64,000 bases of DNA, taken from NCBI GenBank assembly GCA_963674695.2, contig CAXXGI010000002.1, positions 672,001-736,000 on the forward strand. The letters run 5' to 3'. The notes under the pieces are model-generated. The model was not told where the DNA came from, did no database searches, and saw only the letters and a program-made list of their open reading frames with translations. Shown here in pieces: positions 21,321 through 29,882 of the stretch. Position numbers and translations under genes: made by a program. Position 1 is the stretch's first letter, and every line of letters begins with the position of its first letter. The DNA comes from a bacterium (lineage in GTDB: Bacteria; UBA10199; 2-02-FULL-44-16; JAAZCA01).

Positions 21321-22474
21321 AGGTATTTCTGCAATCGATCGAGGACGACCGGGGTGTGATGGCCATCATCGCGCGCGGCGGTTCGATCCTGCTCGTCGCA
21401 CGCGGCGGAGGGCTTGCTGTTTCCGATCCCGCCGGGGGCGCGGACGGGGCGCTGGCCCTCATCGAACGTCGCGGCGCTCGCCTCTTTGCTACGCCGCTGT
21501 GCAGCGCCTTCGATCATGGCGCGGGTGCGGGGCGCGCGCGCCTGCGCAGCGGAGATCTGGTGCGCATCGGCGTGACTCCCTTTCGGTGTGAGATCTCCTC
21601 GCGGCGGGCGCAAAGATGGAGGCGCTGCGCGCTGCTGGCCCTCGCGCTCGTCGCTCTGGCAGTCCTGTCCGTGCATCTCTTTTTCCCGAAGGGATCCGCG
21701 ATGCGCGTCTCTTTGCCCCCTTCGATTACAACGGCCGATGCTCGAGGAATCGATGCGGCATCGCCGCTCTCCGTCGACGACCTCCTCGCCGAGGGGGCCT
21801 CGCATCTCAAGGCTGGACGCGAGGCACAGGCGCGGCTCACGCTCTTCGAGGCCGCGATGCGGGCCCCGGACGATCGGCGCATCGAGCGGATGCGCGCGAG
21901 CATGGATGGAGCGTCGCGTTCATCCCGGCGCGATGCCGAGCCCGCGCTGGAGCGTGCGGCCGAATGCTATGCCCGGGGGCGCGCGCAGATGGAGGCGGGC
22001 GAGCTGGTTGCGGCGCGCACATCCTTTGAACGGGCGCAGGCGGAAGAGGAAACCGCGGGGGTTGCATCGGCCTTCTCATCGGAGCTGCGCCGGGCGCGCG
22101 AGAAGGTCGAGGAGGCGCTGCGCGAGCGCGTGCAACGCCTCCTCGCTTCCATCGAGGATCGGATGACCCGTGCCGACGGCCGGGATGCCGTCGAGGCGTT
22201 GTCGATGCTGGTGCAGGCCGAGCATGAAACGCGCGTCGCGGTGAAGATGCTCCCCGAGGATGAATCGGTGCGCGCGCTGTTCCAGCGCGTTCGCCGGGCG
22301 GTCGATGCAAACGCGCAGCGCGCCCTTTCGGCGGCGGCGATGGCCGAGCGGATGTCAGCGCGCGCGCGTTGTCGCGTGATCGCGCATGCCATCGTCGCGG
22401 CACTCGAGGTGACGCGTCCGCACGTTGCCGAACGCGCACGCCGTCAGGAGGCACGATGCGCACCCGGTTCCTGA
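21317..22474 (+). CDS. FHA-like domain + TM + TPR-like protein
   Basis: RLRSGDLVRIGVTPF resembles the FHA C-terminal strand; TM; helical repeats. Confidence 0.6.
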   Translation: MKVFLQSIEDDRGVMAIIARGGSILLVARGGGLAVSDPAGGADGALALIERRGARLFATPLCSAFDHGAGAGRARLRSGDLVRIGVTPFRCEISSRRAQRWRRCALLALALVALAVLSVHLFFPKGSAMRVSLPPSITTADARGIDAASPLSVDDLLAEGASHLKAGREAQARLTLFEAAMRAPDDRRIERMRASMDGASRSSRRDAEPALERAAECYARGRAQMEAGELVAARTSFERAQAEEETAGVASAFSSELRRAREKVEEALRERVQRLLASIEDRMTRADGRDAVEALSMLVQAEHETRVAVKMLPEDESVRALFQRVRRAVDANAQRALSAAAMAERMSARARCRVIAHAIVAALEVTRPHVAERARRQEARCAPGS

Positions 22475-23682
22475 TCGGAATACGTGGCATCGCTGCATTT
22501 CTGCTGAGCGTGGTCGTCTGCGCGTCGGTCCGGGCGGAGCAGATGAACGATCGCTTCAGCGATCCCCTGCGCGGCATCGAGATGCGCCTGCCGCGCGGCG
22601 CCAGGGTCGTCTATGGGCTCGGACGAACGCTCGCATACGTGACGCTTCCCGACGGCGTCGTCGTGCACGTCCGTGCGGATGATTCGGATCGGGCAAACAC
22701 AATGGGAATCTCGCTCCTCTGCGACGGTGGTGTCGAGCGTCGCATGGAGGCCTATCTCGCCTGCCGCGATCTACGCACGCGCGTTCGGAAACATGAGGTC
22801 CGTTGGGAGCGCGATGGTGATGCGAACCAGGTGTTGCCGTTGCAGGCACCGTCGCCGGCGGGCCTCGCCGATTCGCGACGAAGGACAGTGCGGACGCTCT
22901 CCCTGGCCCTGGAGCGCGCCCAGCAGCGTGCGCTCTTCGCCCTCCTCGATGGTCGCGCCGGATGTCCGGGAGTGGCCGATGAGGTGAGGCTGGCCATGGT
23001 CCTTGCCGATCGCCACGGCTTGGCACCGTGGAGGGATCGCTTCGCCGCGCTCGCTGATGTGTTGGAGCGAAGGCCCGCACCGGATGCATTCGGCCTCCTC
23101 GACGATCGATCGGCGCCGCCGTCGGCCCAGGCGTTGGATCGGGGGCTCGCCCTCATGGACGCCGAACTCGGACGCCTCGTGCGCGCGCGACTCCTCGAGC
23201 GTGCCGAGCGTCCGGAAGCGGCGCGTCGGCTCTATGAACGAGCGGCGCGAGCGCGCGCGGGCTTCTTCGCTCGCGTGGCGCTCATGCGTATGGATCAGGA
23301 TGCGGGGCGTCTCGATGAAGCCCGGCATCGTCTGGATGAGTTGCGCCAGGAGTGCGCGCGCGCGGGTATCGCCTCGGCGATGGTCGATGCCCTGGGAGGG
23401 GGCGATCTCCCCGAGCGGTGCGGCGCCGCGGGTGCCATGGCCGATCTTCGGGAGGGTGTGGCCCTCATTGGGGCTGATCCGCATCAGGCCGTCGTTCTGT
23501 TGCGGCGCGCCGTTTCCGTCGATCCGGCCTTCCTGCTCGCATATCGTGCGCTGGGTCAGGCCCTGTTGGAGGCGGGTGGCGAAGTGGATGCCGTCTGTCG
23601 AGAGCTGCGCACGCTTTTGCAGCATGCGCCGAAAACGGATGCAGTGCAGCGCTTGCGCGCCGAGATCGATCGCCTCGGTTAG
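22456..23682 (+). CDS. Exported TPR protein (C-terminus clipped by IS256)
   Basis: Signal peptide; AVSVDPAFLLAYRALGQAL TPR; stop codon lies in the IS end. Confidence 0.7.
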   Translation: MRTRFLIGIRGIAAFLLSVVVCASVRAEQMNDRFSDPLRGIEMRLPRGARVVYGLGRTLAYVTLPDGVVVHVRADDSDRANTMGISLLCDGGVERRMEAYLACRDLRTRVRKHEVRWERDGDANQVLPLQAPSPAGLADSRRRTVRTLSLALERAQQRALFALLDGRAGCPGVADEVRLAMVLADRHGLAPWRDRFAALADVLERRPAPDAFGLLDDRSAPPSAQALDRGLALMDAELGRLVRARLLERAERPEAARRLYERAARARAGFFARVALMRMDQDAGRLDEARHRLDELRQECARAGIASAMVDALGGGDLPERCGAAGAMADLREGVALIGADPHQAVVLLRRAVSVDPAFLLAYRALGQALLEAGGEVDAVCRELRTLLQHAPKTDAVQRLRAEIDRLG

Positions 23683-24997
23683 TGCAACAAGTTCTGTGTA
23701 CTTTTGGATAAGGGGTATTCTTTGAGTTTTTCGTTACGGATCATGGTCAAGGCATAGAGCATCCTGTCGGCAGCCCCTTGATTGGGGATGATCTCCATAG
23801 GGCGCATTCTGCGGCGATATTCCCTGAATTGTCGTTCGATATGGTTCGAAGTCCTGACAGCCCGGTGGTGCTTTGGATCGCAGGCAAGATACAGCAAGAG
23901 ATGATCCAGATCCCGCTCCAGACATCGCACCGCTTGGGGATATTCAGCCTTCCATCGCCGTGACCATTTTCTGATGAGTCCCATTGCTCGTTTTTCCGTC
24001 CATGTTCCTTCAAAGAGAGGAGACAGTCCTTCTTTGATGGCCGCCTGGTCCGACTTTCGCACTTGCTTCAAGACGTTGCGCATCTTATGGGCCCAACAGA
24101 GTTGATGGGGGGTTTCCGGAAAGACGATCGCGATGGCATTGGCAAGTCCCCGGCAACCATCCGTTGTTATCAGCTGAAGGTGCTTTCCCTCCAATCCTCG
24201 GTGAGCCAAATTCGTCAGAAATTTAAGCCAGGTCTCCTCCCGTTCGCTCCGGGCGAAACAGTAGTCGATGATCTCCCGGGTTCCGTCTCGTCGGATCCCA
24301 TAGGCCACCAGAATCAGTCGCCGCTTCCTCCCCAGTCCCCGGTTCTTGATCCAGACTCCGTCAAACATCAGATACACATATTCGTCTCTGATCTCCCGCT
24401 GATGCCACCGCTTCGCTTCAGTGGACCAGCCGGCCGTCAACCGGCTTACCGTGGACGATGACACCCGCGCAGCCCCAAGCGCCGCCAGCACCTTCTCTAC
24501 ATCCCGTGTCGATATGCCGCGCCAATAACACTCTGTCACTAACCGCGTGATTGCTTCCTGTCGCCGTCCATGTCGATCGACTCCCATGCACCGTGGAAGA
24601 AAGCCTCCTACACGAGGCCGAGGGATGCGGATCCCTTCGATCCACCCCCATACTGTTTCCAGGCTCCGCTGATAAAACCCGTTCCGATGATTCCGCCGAC
24701 GGTTGCTCCGACCATAGGGCTGAACCCCGATCACCCGCTCCTCGAACTCAATCAGGCTCACATCCTCAAAAACCTGCTTCATCAACCCCTTGAAATCCAA
24801 CTCGAATACCCGCTCCTCAAGCTTCCCCATCATCTCGTTGTAGATTCCTGCCGCGTGATTCGGTAAAAGGGCCACTGCTGTCTGCATGGTATCCTCCTTT
24901 CTCTTGTGAGAGAGAGATTTGGAGAATACCCCGAAGACCCCGGAATTCCACCGGGGTCTTCACTTTTCCAATTTTACACACACTTCGTTACACCAAC
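23678..24997 (-). mobile_element. IS256-family insertion sequence
   Basis: Imperfect TIRs GTTAGTGCAACAAGTTCTGTGTA / (rc) GTTGGTGTAACGAAGTGTGTGTA; flanking ATCGCCTCG / ATCGCCCTCG target duplication. Confidence 0.9.
23679..24887 (-). CDS. IS256 (Mutator-type DDE) transposase
   Basis: RNGFYQR.L.T..G, GISTR, YLMFDG, TTDG..GL, QLCWAH..RN, RTSN.IER. Confidence 0.95.
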   Translation of the reverse strand: MQTAVALLPNHAAGIYNEMMGKLEERVFELDFKGLMKQVFEDVSLIEFEERVIGVQPYGRSNRRRNHRNGFYQRSLETVWGWIEGIRIPRPRVGGFLPRCMGVDRHGRRQEAITRLVTECYWRGISTRDVEKVLAALGAARVSSSTVSRLTAGWSTEAKRWHQREIRDEYVYLMFDGVWIKNRGLGRKRRLILVAYGIRRDGTREIIDYCFARSEREETWLKFLTNLAHRGLEGKHLQLITTDGCRGLANAIAIVFPETPHQLCWAHKMRNVLKQVRKSDQAAIKEGLSPLFEGTWTEKRAMGLIRKWSRRWKAEYPQAVRCLERDLDHLLLYLACDPKHHRAVRTSNHIERQFREYRRRMRPMEIIPNQGAADRMLYALTMIRNEKLKEYPLSKSTQNLLH

Positions 24998-25050
24998 ATC
25001 GCCCTCGTTCGCGGTTGAATCCTCACCGCGTTCGTGTCACTATCGCTGCC

Positions 25051-25743
25051 ATGCCCACACCAAAGACGAAGTCCAAGCGTGCACAGCCAAAGGTCGCCAA
25101 GAAGAGCGCGAAAAAAGTGCCGAAGAAAGTCGCTGCAAAGCCAAAGCGGAAATCGGCGGCTCGACCAAAGCTTGCAGGGCCGCGACCGAAGCGACCGAAG
25201 AAGATCGATCTTCCGGATCTCAATGCCCTCAACATCCAGCAGGTGGCGGCGGTGCTCTCCGCCTATTTTGCTTCATATGGATACGAGCCGGTGCTTACGG
25301 GACGAGCCGTGGCGGCCATCTATGCCGGCGCGGGGGTCAAACCACGCACGCTCGATTTTGCTGCGCCCGAATACGAGGTCGATGAGGTGGGAAAGGCCAT
25401 GAAGCGCATCGGCTTCAAGGAGGGTGCCTTTCGGACCTTTCGCAGCGACATCTGTCCGTATGAGATCGTCTTCACCCCTTTTCCCGTTACGATCGGCGAG
25501 AACATCGTTGAAGACTTTCACATCATGCGCACGGCCGAAGGGCCCTTGAAGATGCTCACCCCCACCGATTGCGTGCGCCAGATGCTCGCGCGTTACTACC
25601 GCTGGGGCGATCGCGACGGCATGCACGAGGCCAGGCTCGTCGCCCGCAAGCACACCATCGATTACGAGATGGTCAAGCGCTGGTCCGAGTGGGAGTGGGC
25701 CGGCGACCGCTACGATGAATTCCTCGAAGGGATTGAAGCGTAG
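25051..25743 (+). CDS. Nucleotidyltransferase-fold protein (degenerate) with Lys/Arg-rich N-terminal tail
   Basis: VLTGRAVAAIY...TLDF and LTPTDCV...LA.YY.WGD resemble DUF6036/AbiEii-like NTases; first ~50 aa are KKVAAK-rich. Confidence 0.6.
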   Translation: MPTPKTKSKRAQPKVAKKSAKKVPKKVAAKPKRKSAARPKLAGPRPKRPKKIDLPDLNALNIQQVAAVLSAYFASYGYEPVLTGRAVAAIYAGAGVKPRTLDFAAPEYEVDEVGKAMKRIGFKEGAFRTFRSDICPYEIVFTPFPVTIGENIVEDFHIMRTAEGPLKMLTPTDCVRQMLARYYRWGDRDGMHEARLVARKHTIDYEMVKRWSEWEWAGDRYDEFLEGIEA

Positions 25744-25824
25744 ACCGCAGATCACGGACCATAGACCATAGACTTCTTGTCTTAAAGTTGAGGTCTAGAG
25801 TCCATAGTCAATGGTCTTTGGTCT
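25742..25824. repeat. Heptamer tandem repeats in inverted arrangement
   Basis: (AGACCAT)-like units facing (ATGGTCT)-like units between convergent genes. Confidence 0.5.
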
Positions 25825-25838
25825 CCCTTGCCGATGGC

Positions 25839-26825
25839 TCACCGAAAGCGGAGACAGCCCGGAAGTTTTCCCATCAGTTTCGATTCACGACAGATCTGAT
25901 CGATGCGATAGGCGGAATAGGTTCCGGTATAGGCGCATGTCGGCGAGCCGAACATGGCGCTCACCGGGATGATGCCGACGAGCGCTCCTTCCGGAGTAAA
26001 TATACCTCCGCCGCTGCTGCCGTAGGAATAGTCGGCCGTGTGATAGAGGAGCACGTCCGCTTGTTGGAAGAGATTCAATGTCCGATAGATCTTTCCAGGC
26101 GTGCCCTCGTCTTTTTCCAGCGCATCCCATTCCCGAGGCAGGTTGAAATCCACGCGCGGTGCCTGTTTCACGAAGATCGGATCGTCATACTGGTGGTCGC
26201 GTATTGCCAACAGGATGCGTTTCTGAAAGGCGTCGTGCGACTGGATTTCACCCGGAGCGATAAAGATCCCTTCGCCATCATGTCCCGGACGGGGCAGCAT
26301 GCGCACCATGCTCGTCGGAAACGTGATTGAAAAGACTGGTGCGCCGCGGCGGGTCCTTTCGAAGTCGGCCTGCTCTTTGAGGAGTATGGCCAGCGCGTTC
26401 GGTGTGATGATCGGTGCGACACCGATCGTGTCGGGCATTTCTTCGGGCTTGTCGATGCGCAGGAGCGCCCAGTCCTGGACATGCTTCTTTTGGTGGCTGA
26501 AATCTCCCTGTTCGACGAGGGTCAGCGTGAATGTGTTTTTATCCGTTTTGAAGCTGAAGGGAAGGCTGTCCTTGGCAGGGATGTCGCCGTTGATTCCCGT
26601 GAGGCAATGCGCCGCCGTCAGAATGAGATCCGGAGCGACACGCACCGCACTGCAGGATCGCCTCTCCTTCGCCATGAGAAGAATGACGGCAGTCGAGGCT
26701 TTCTCGATGCCTGCCGGGATCCGAACCGTCTTCCGCCCTGTCCCCGCACAGGAAGAGAGGAGGCTGAGAGTAATGACCACATGAAATACACAGTGGTATG
26801 GCCATTTTCGTAAACGCAGATTCAT
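25839..26825 (-). CDS. Trypsin-like serine protease, probable lipoprotein
   Basis: LSSC lipobox; LTAAHC, DWALL and GSSGG catalytic triad motifs. Confidence 0.85.
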   Translation of the reverse strand: MNLRLRKWPYHCVFHVVITLSLLSSCAGTGRKTVRIPAGIEKASTAVILLMAKERRSCSAVRVAPDLILTAAHCLTGINGDIPAKDSLPFSFKTDKNTFTLTLVEQGDFSHQKKHVQDWALLRIDKPEEMPDTIGVAPIITPNALAILLKEQADFERTRRGAPVFSITFPTSMVRMLPRPGHDGEGIFIAPGEIQSHDAFQKRILLAIRDHQYDDPIFVKQAPRVDFNLPREWDALEKDEGTPGKIYRTLNLFQQADVLLYHTADYSYGSSGGGIFTPEGALVGIIPVSAMFGSPTCAYTGTYSAYRIDQICRESKLMGKLPGCLRFR

Positions 26826-26913
26826 ATGGTTGCCCCGAATAATCCGCTAAACAACTACAACATAATGAATCGGGTTGCCAACATAACGTGCCAAGATGAA
26901 GGTTGATCTATTG

Positions 26914-27138
26914 TTAGGGCCTTCTGGGTACAGTAGGATCCCAATCAGGTCCGTCACAGGGGAGGTCGCACGGCATGCAGTCCTCCCCGATGAAATTAGA
27001 TAAATTTTCAGCAGGTCTGATATAGATATCCATTGTTTCGAACTGATCATCCATTCGGTGCAATGTTGGTTGATATTTGTCCAGCTCCGGTTTTGTTGGT
27101 TGTGATGGTGGAATATTTCTTCCGGTCAATATTTTCAT
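26914..27138 (-). CDS. Putative RiPP precursor peptide (74 aa; C-terminal CMPCDLPCDGPDWDP)
   Basis: Strong AAGGAG RBS 7 nt before ATG; directly downstream of (overlapping) the rSAM/SPASM gene. Confidence 0.6.
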   Translation of the reverse strand: MKILTGRNIPPSQPTKPELDKYQPTLHRMDDQFETMDIYIRPAENLSNFIGEDCMPCDLPCDGPDWDPTVPRRP

Positions 27139-28522
27139 CGCATTCTCCTTTCACATCGTTATGTGGCAACCCGTTTATATGATGTAAACCTTCATCGTTT
27201 TGAATGGCGTGCAGATATCTTTGTGTAAGTGCGCGAAACATGCCCCGGGCAATCTGGCATCCATCGCTCTTGGACATGATGGTGCCGTTGTTCTTGTAGG
27301 CATTGAGCGCGCAACCTCCTGCGCAGAGCCCCTCGATGTCACAGCCAGCACACCCGGGGATGTCGGGCGCTGAACGTCGTGCCAACCGTTGAAAGGTTCC
27401 CGAGCGCAGGGCCGCATCTATGTCGAAGATGGTGCCATAATGTTCGTCGAATCCAGGACACGGTTTGAGGGAGCCATCGGTGCTGACGCACAGCTCCCGT
27501 CCACAGGCAGCGCAGTTCGAGGGGGTGTTGGGCTGGCGAAACAGGCGTTGGAATGGCCATTGCCAGCTACCTCCGACGTGAACGTTCCGTGTGTTGGCAT
27601 AGTCGACTGCTTGAAGGAATCGATCGATGATTGCCTTCGTCGGAATGTGGAGTGATTTGTCCCGAATTTCTGCGTACGCATTTTGAAAGGTGAGTCGAAG
27701 CGAACGCTCTGCAGCGATATCGATAATGGCCTGAAGCTCATCACAGTTGTGATCGCCGACGGTACAGATGAGACAGAGTTTGTCGACTTTCGCACCCTGA
27801 AGGTGATCGAGTGCGCGAATGATCTGGTCGAAGGAACCGCTTCCGTTGCGCATGGTTCGGGTGCTGTCGTTTTGGGTGCGATTGCCGTCTAGGCTGACGG
27901 CGACATGGATGTTATGTTCCTTTAAGAAGATTGCCTTGTCTCGATCGATTAGAGTGCCGTTTGTGGCGATGCGGATGGATGTGATGCAGGATGTCCGCGC
28001 GATGCGTTCTTCGATGATTGGGATGGTATCGACGATACAGGGCCAGTTGAGCAGCGGTTCTCCTCCGAAGTATGAAATTGAGCCCGTGTGTTTGTGCTGA
28101 TCGAGGATGTCGCAAAAGAGGTGTATCGCTCTTTGTGCAACAGGGCGATTCATGAGCGTGGCATCTGTGTGGCAATTTACATAGCAATAGCTGCAGCGCA
28201 TATTACAGCTTTCGGCGACACACAACTTCATGTAATGAATGGAGGCTGTGGGGTCGGTGCCTGAAGGTGATTTTTTGGCTGGCACCGGTGTTGTTTCGAT
28301 GAATCCCTTTTGGATGAGTGTATCGATGAGGTCTAATGGAACCCGATGATCTCCGCATTGGAGACGATCACTATCCTGGGCCAGATGGGCGAGTTCCCAG
28401 ATCAGTTTTTCGCTCGCGAGACAACCATTGCCTCGAAGGGCGTGATAGATGAGACCATCCTGGCCGGGTTTTCCGAGGATGAAGCGGAAATATGGCGATA
28501 TGCGATGTCCGATTTGAACCAT
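27047..28522 (-). CDS. Radical SAM/SPASM domain peptide maturase
   Basis: CNMRCSYC, YFGGEPLL, TNGTL, VSLDG; SPASM C..C....C...DG.LKPC and CAGC.....CAGGC; ~95-aa N-terminal extension. Confidence 0.92.
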   Translation of the reverse strand: MVQIGHRISPYFRFILGKPGQDGLIYHALRGNGCLASEKLIWELAHLAQDSDRLQCGDHRVPLDLIDTLIQKGFIETTPVPAKKSPSGTDPTASIHYMKLCVAESCNMRCSYCYVNCHTDATLMNRPVAQRAIHLFCDILDQHKHTGSISYFGGEPLLNWPCIVDTIPIIEERIARTSCITSIRIATNGTLIDRDKAIFLKEHNIHVAVSLDGNRTQNDSTRTMRNGSGSFDQIIRALDHLQGAKVDKLCLICTVGDHNCDELQAIIDIAAERSLRLTFQNAYAEIRDKSLHIPTKAIIDRFLQAVDYANTRNVHVGGSWQWPFQRLFRQPNTPSNCAACGRELCVSTDGSLKPCPGFDEHYGTIFDIDAALRSGTFQRLARRSAPDIPGCAGCDIEGLCAGGCALNAYKNNGTIMSKSDGCQIARGMFRALTQRYLHAIQNDEGLHHINGLPHNDVKGECDENIDRKKYSTITTNKTGAGQISTNIAPNG

Positions 28523-28560
28523 GCTTGCTCCCTTCCTTTCGCATGAACATGCTGCTTGAT

Positions 28561-28576
28561 AGCAAGGGCCGTGCCA
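28561..28576 (-). promoter_or_regulatory. sigma54 promoter of the rSAM operon
   Basis: TGGCACGGCCCTTGCT on the minus strand (near-perfect consensus); IHF-like AAGTTCTTGATA at ~28606. Confidence 0.8.
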
Positions 28577-28732
28577 GTGAGAGTGGTTTAAGAGGACGCT
28601 CTGGAAGTTCTTGATATATTTAAGGTTGTTGAATGGTCGGTTGTTGCATCGTTTGTGCAAAAGAGCAGGTAGTGCACTAACTCGCGAACACGGTTGTTCG
28701 CTGAAATGAACAGGCATGGAATTGGCTTTGGG

Positions 28733-28765
28733 AAAAGAAAACCCCGCGGCATGACCGCGGGGTTT
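28733..28765 (-). terminator. Rho-independent terminator after aminopeptidase
   Basis: AAACCCCGCGG-CATGA-CCGCGGGGTTT plus U-tract on the minus strand. Confidence 0.8.
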
Positions 28766-28787
28766 GTCAGGCAATGAGTGGTCTTTT

Positions 28788-29867
28788 CTACACCAATACC
28801 TCTCCATCCTTCACGAGCTGCTTGCGTTTGCCGTCGGGGAAGATCAATTCAAATGACGTGCAGGTGATGGGGCTGTCCTTGGCGTAGACGATGTCCTGGT
28901 GGATGACGTTCTCCGGCGAGTTGAAATCCTTGACGCCCACCGTTCCGCCGATGTGATCGCTGCGGCCGTAGGCCCAGTGAAAACCCGCCTTTTCATCCTG
29001 CAGGACGCTTCCGATGATCGTGGCCTTGTCGTTGCAGCCCACGGCGACCTCGGCGATGTTGCACATCGCTTTGTCCGCGAGAATCTTTTCACGCGCGGCC
29101 TTCGTCTTCGGGCCGTCGCCCTGGATGTCGACGATGCGGTTCTGCTTGATCACGAAGACGGCGCGTTCGTCGCCGTAGGCGACCGGGAGTTCCCCCTCCG
29201 TCTTGCTGTCGGCAGCTTCGTTCGGCGTCATGAAGGTCTCGCCCGCGGGGAGATTGTGCAGGGCGTTGAGCGTGCCGGCGACCTTCGGTGGGAGCAGGCC
29301 GTCGTCCAAGTAGATGGCGTTATCGACGTTGATATCGAAGGTGCAGCGGTGCCCTGTCTCGAAGGTCGCTTCCGCGCTCACCGCCTCTTTGAACATCGGC
29401 GCCATGATGCGACATTTCTCGGCGACGTTGTTGTAGTCGGCGGCGAGCCCCGTCTCCTCCATCACGCGCGTCATGCCGGGCATGCTGCCGACGCGTAGCT
29501 TCGTGTTCGACTTGGTGTATCCCATGAGCGGCGCGGTGGCGGAAAACTGCGGCATCGCGATGCAGATGGTCGTCTTTTCCAGCACGTCGCCGATCGCGAC
29601 GGTGTCCTCGCCCATGGTGCCCTTCTCGGGAAAGTCGGCGTTGTTGGCACCCGTGGCCTCATAGTGCAGGAGCGGGTTCACGGTGATGCCCCACTCGTTT
29701 GCCTTGGCCGCGATCTGTTCCTGCCAATTCGTGGCGATGGCGCGACGATCCTTCCAGTCGGCCGTGTCGGCGATGTTCCCGTGCGGCGTGTCGTAGAGGA
29801 TCGTGAGCACGTCCCCCTTTTCAGGGGCGAAGATGTTCTGAAAGAATGTAACGACGTCGAATGCCAT
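28788..29867 (-). CDS. Aminopeptidase (M29/thermophilic metalloprotease-like)
   Basis: NLPAGETF, NIAEVAVG.N, DEK...H.AYG, HQDIV. Confidence 0.8.
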   Translation of the reverse strand: MAFDVVTFFQNIFAPEKGDVLTILYDTPHGNIADTADWKDRRAIATNWQEQIAAKANEWGITVNPLLHYEATGANNADFPEKGTMGEDTVAIGDVLEKTTICIAMPQFSATAPLMGYTKSNTKLRVGSMPGMTRVMEETGLAADYNNVAEKCRIMAPMFKEAVSAEATFETGHRCTFDINVDNAIYLDDGLLPPKVAGTLNALHNLPAGETFMTPNEAADSKTEGELPVAYGDERAVFVIKQNRIVDIQGDGPKTKAAREKILADKAMCNIAEVAVGCNDKATIIGSVLQDEKAGFHWAYGRSDHIGGTVGVKDFNSPENVIHQDIVYAKDSPITCTSFELIFPDGKRKQLVKDGEVLV

Positions 29868-29882
29868 GATGACCTCCTGAGT

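Noticed and set aside
28523-28807. Longer N-terminus of the rSAM ORF (start 28807)
   Set aside because: It spans a terminator and the sigma54 promoter; the RBS supports the start at 28522.
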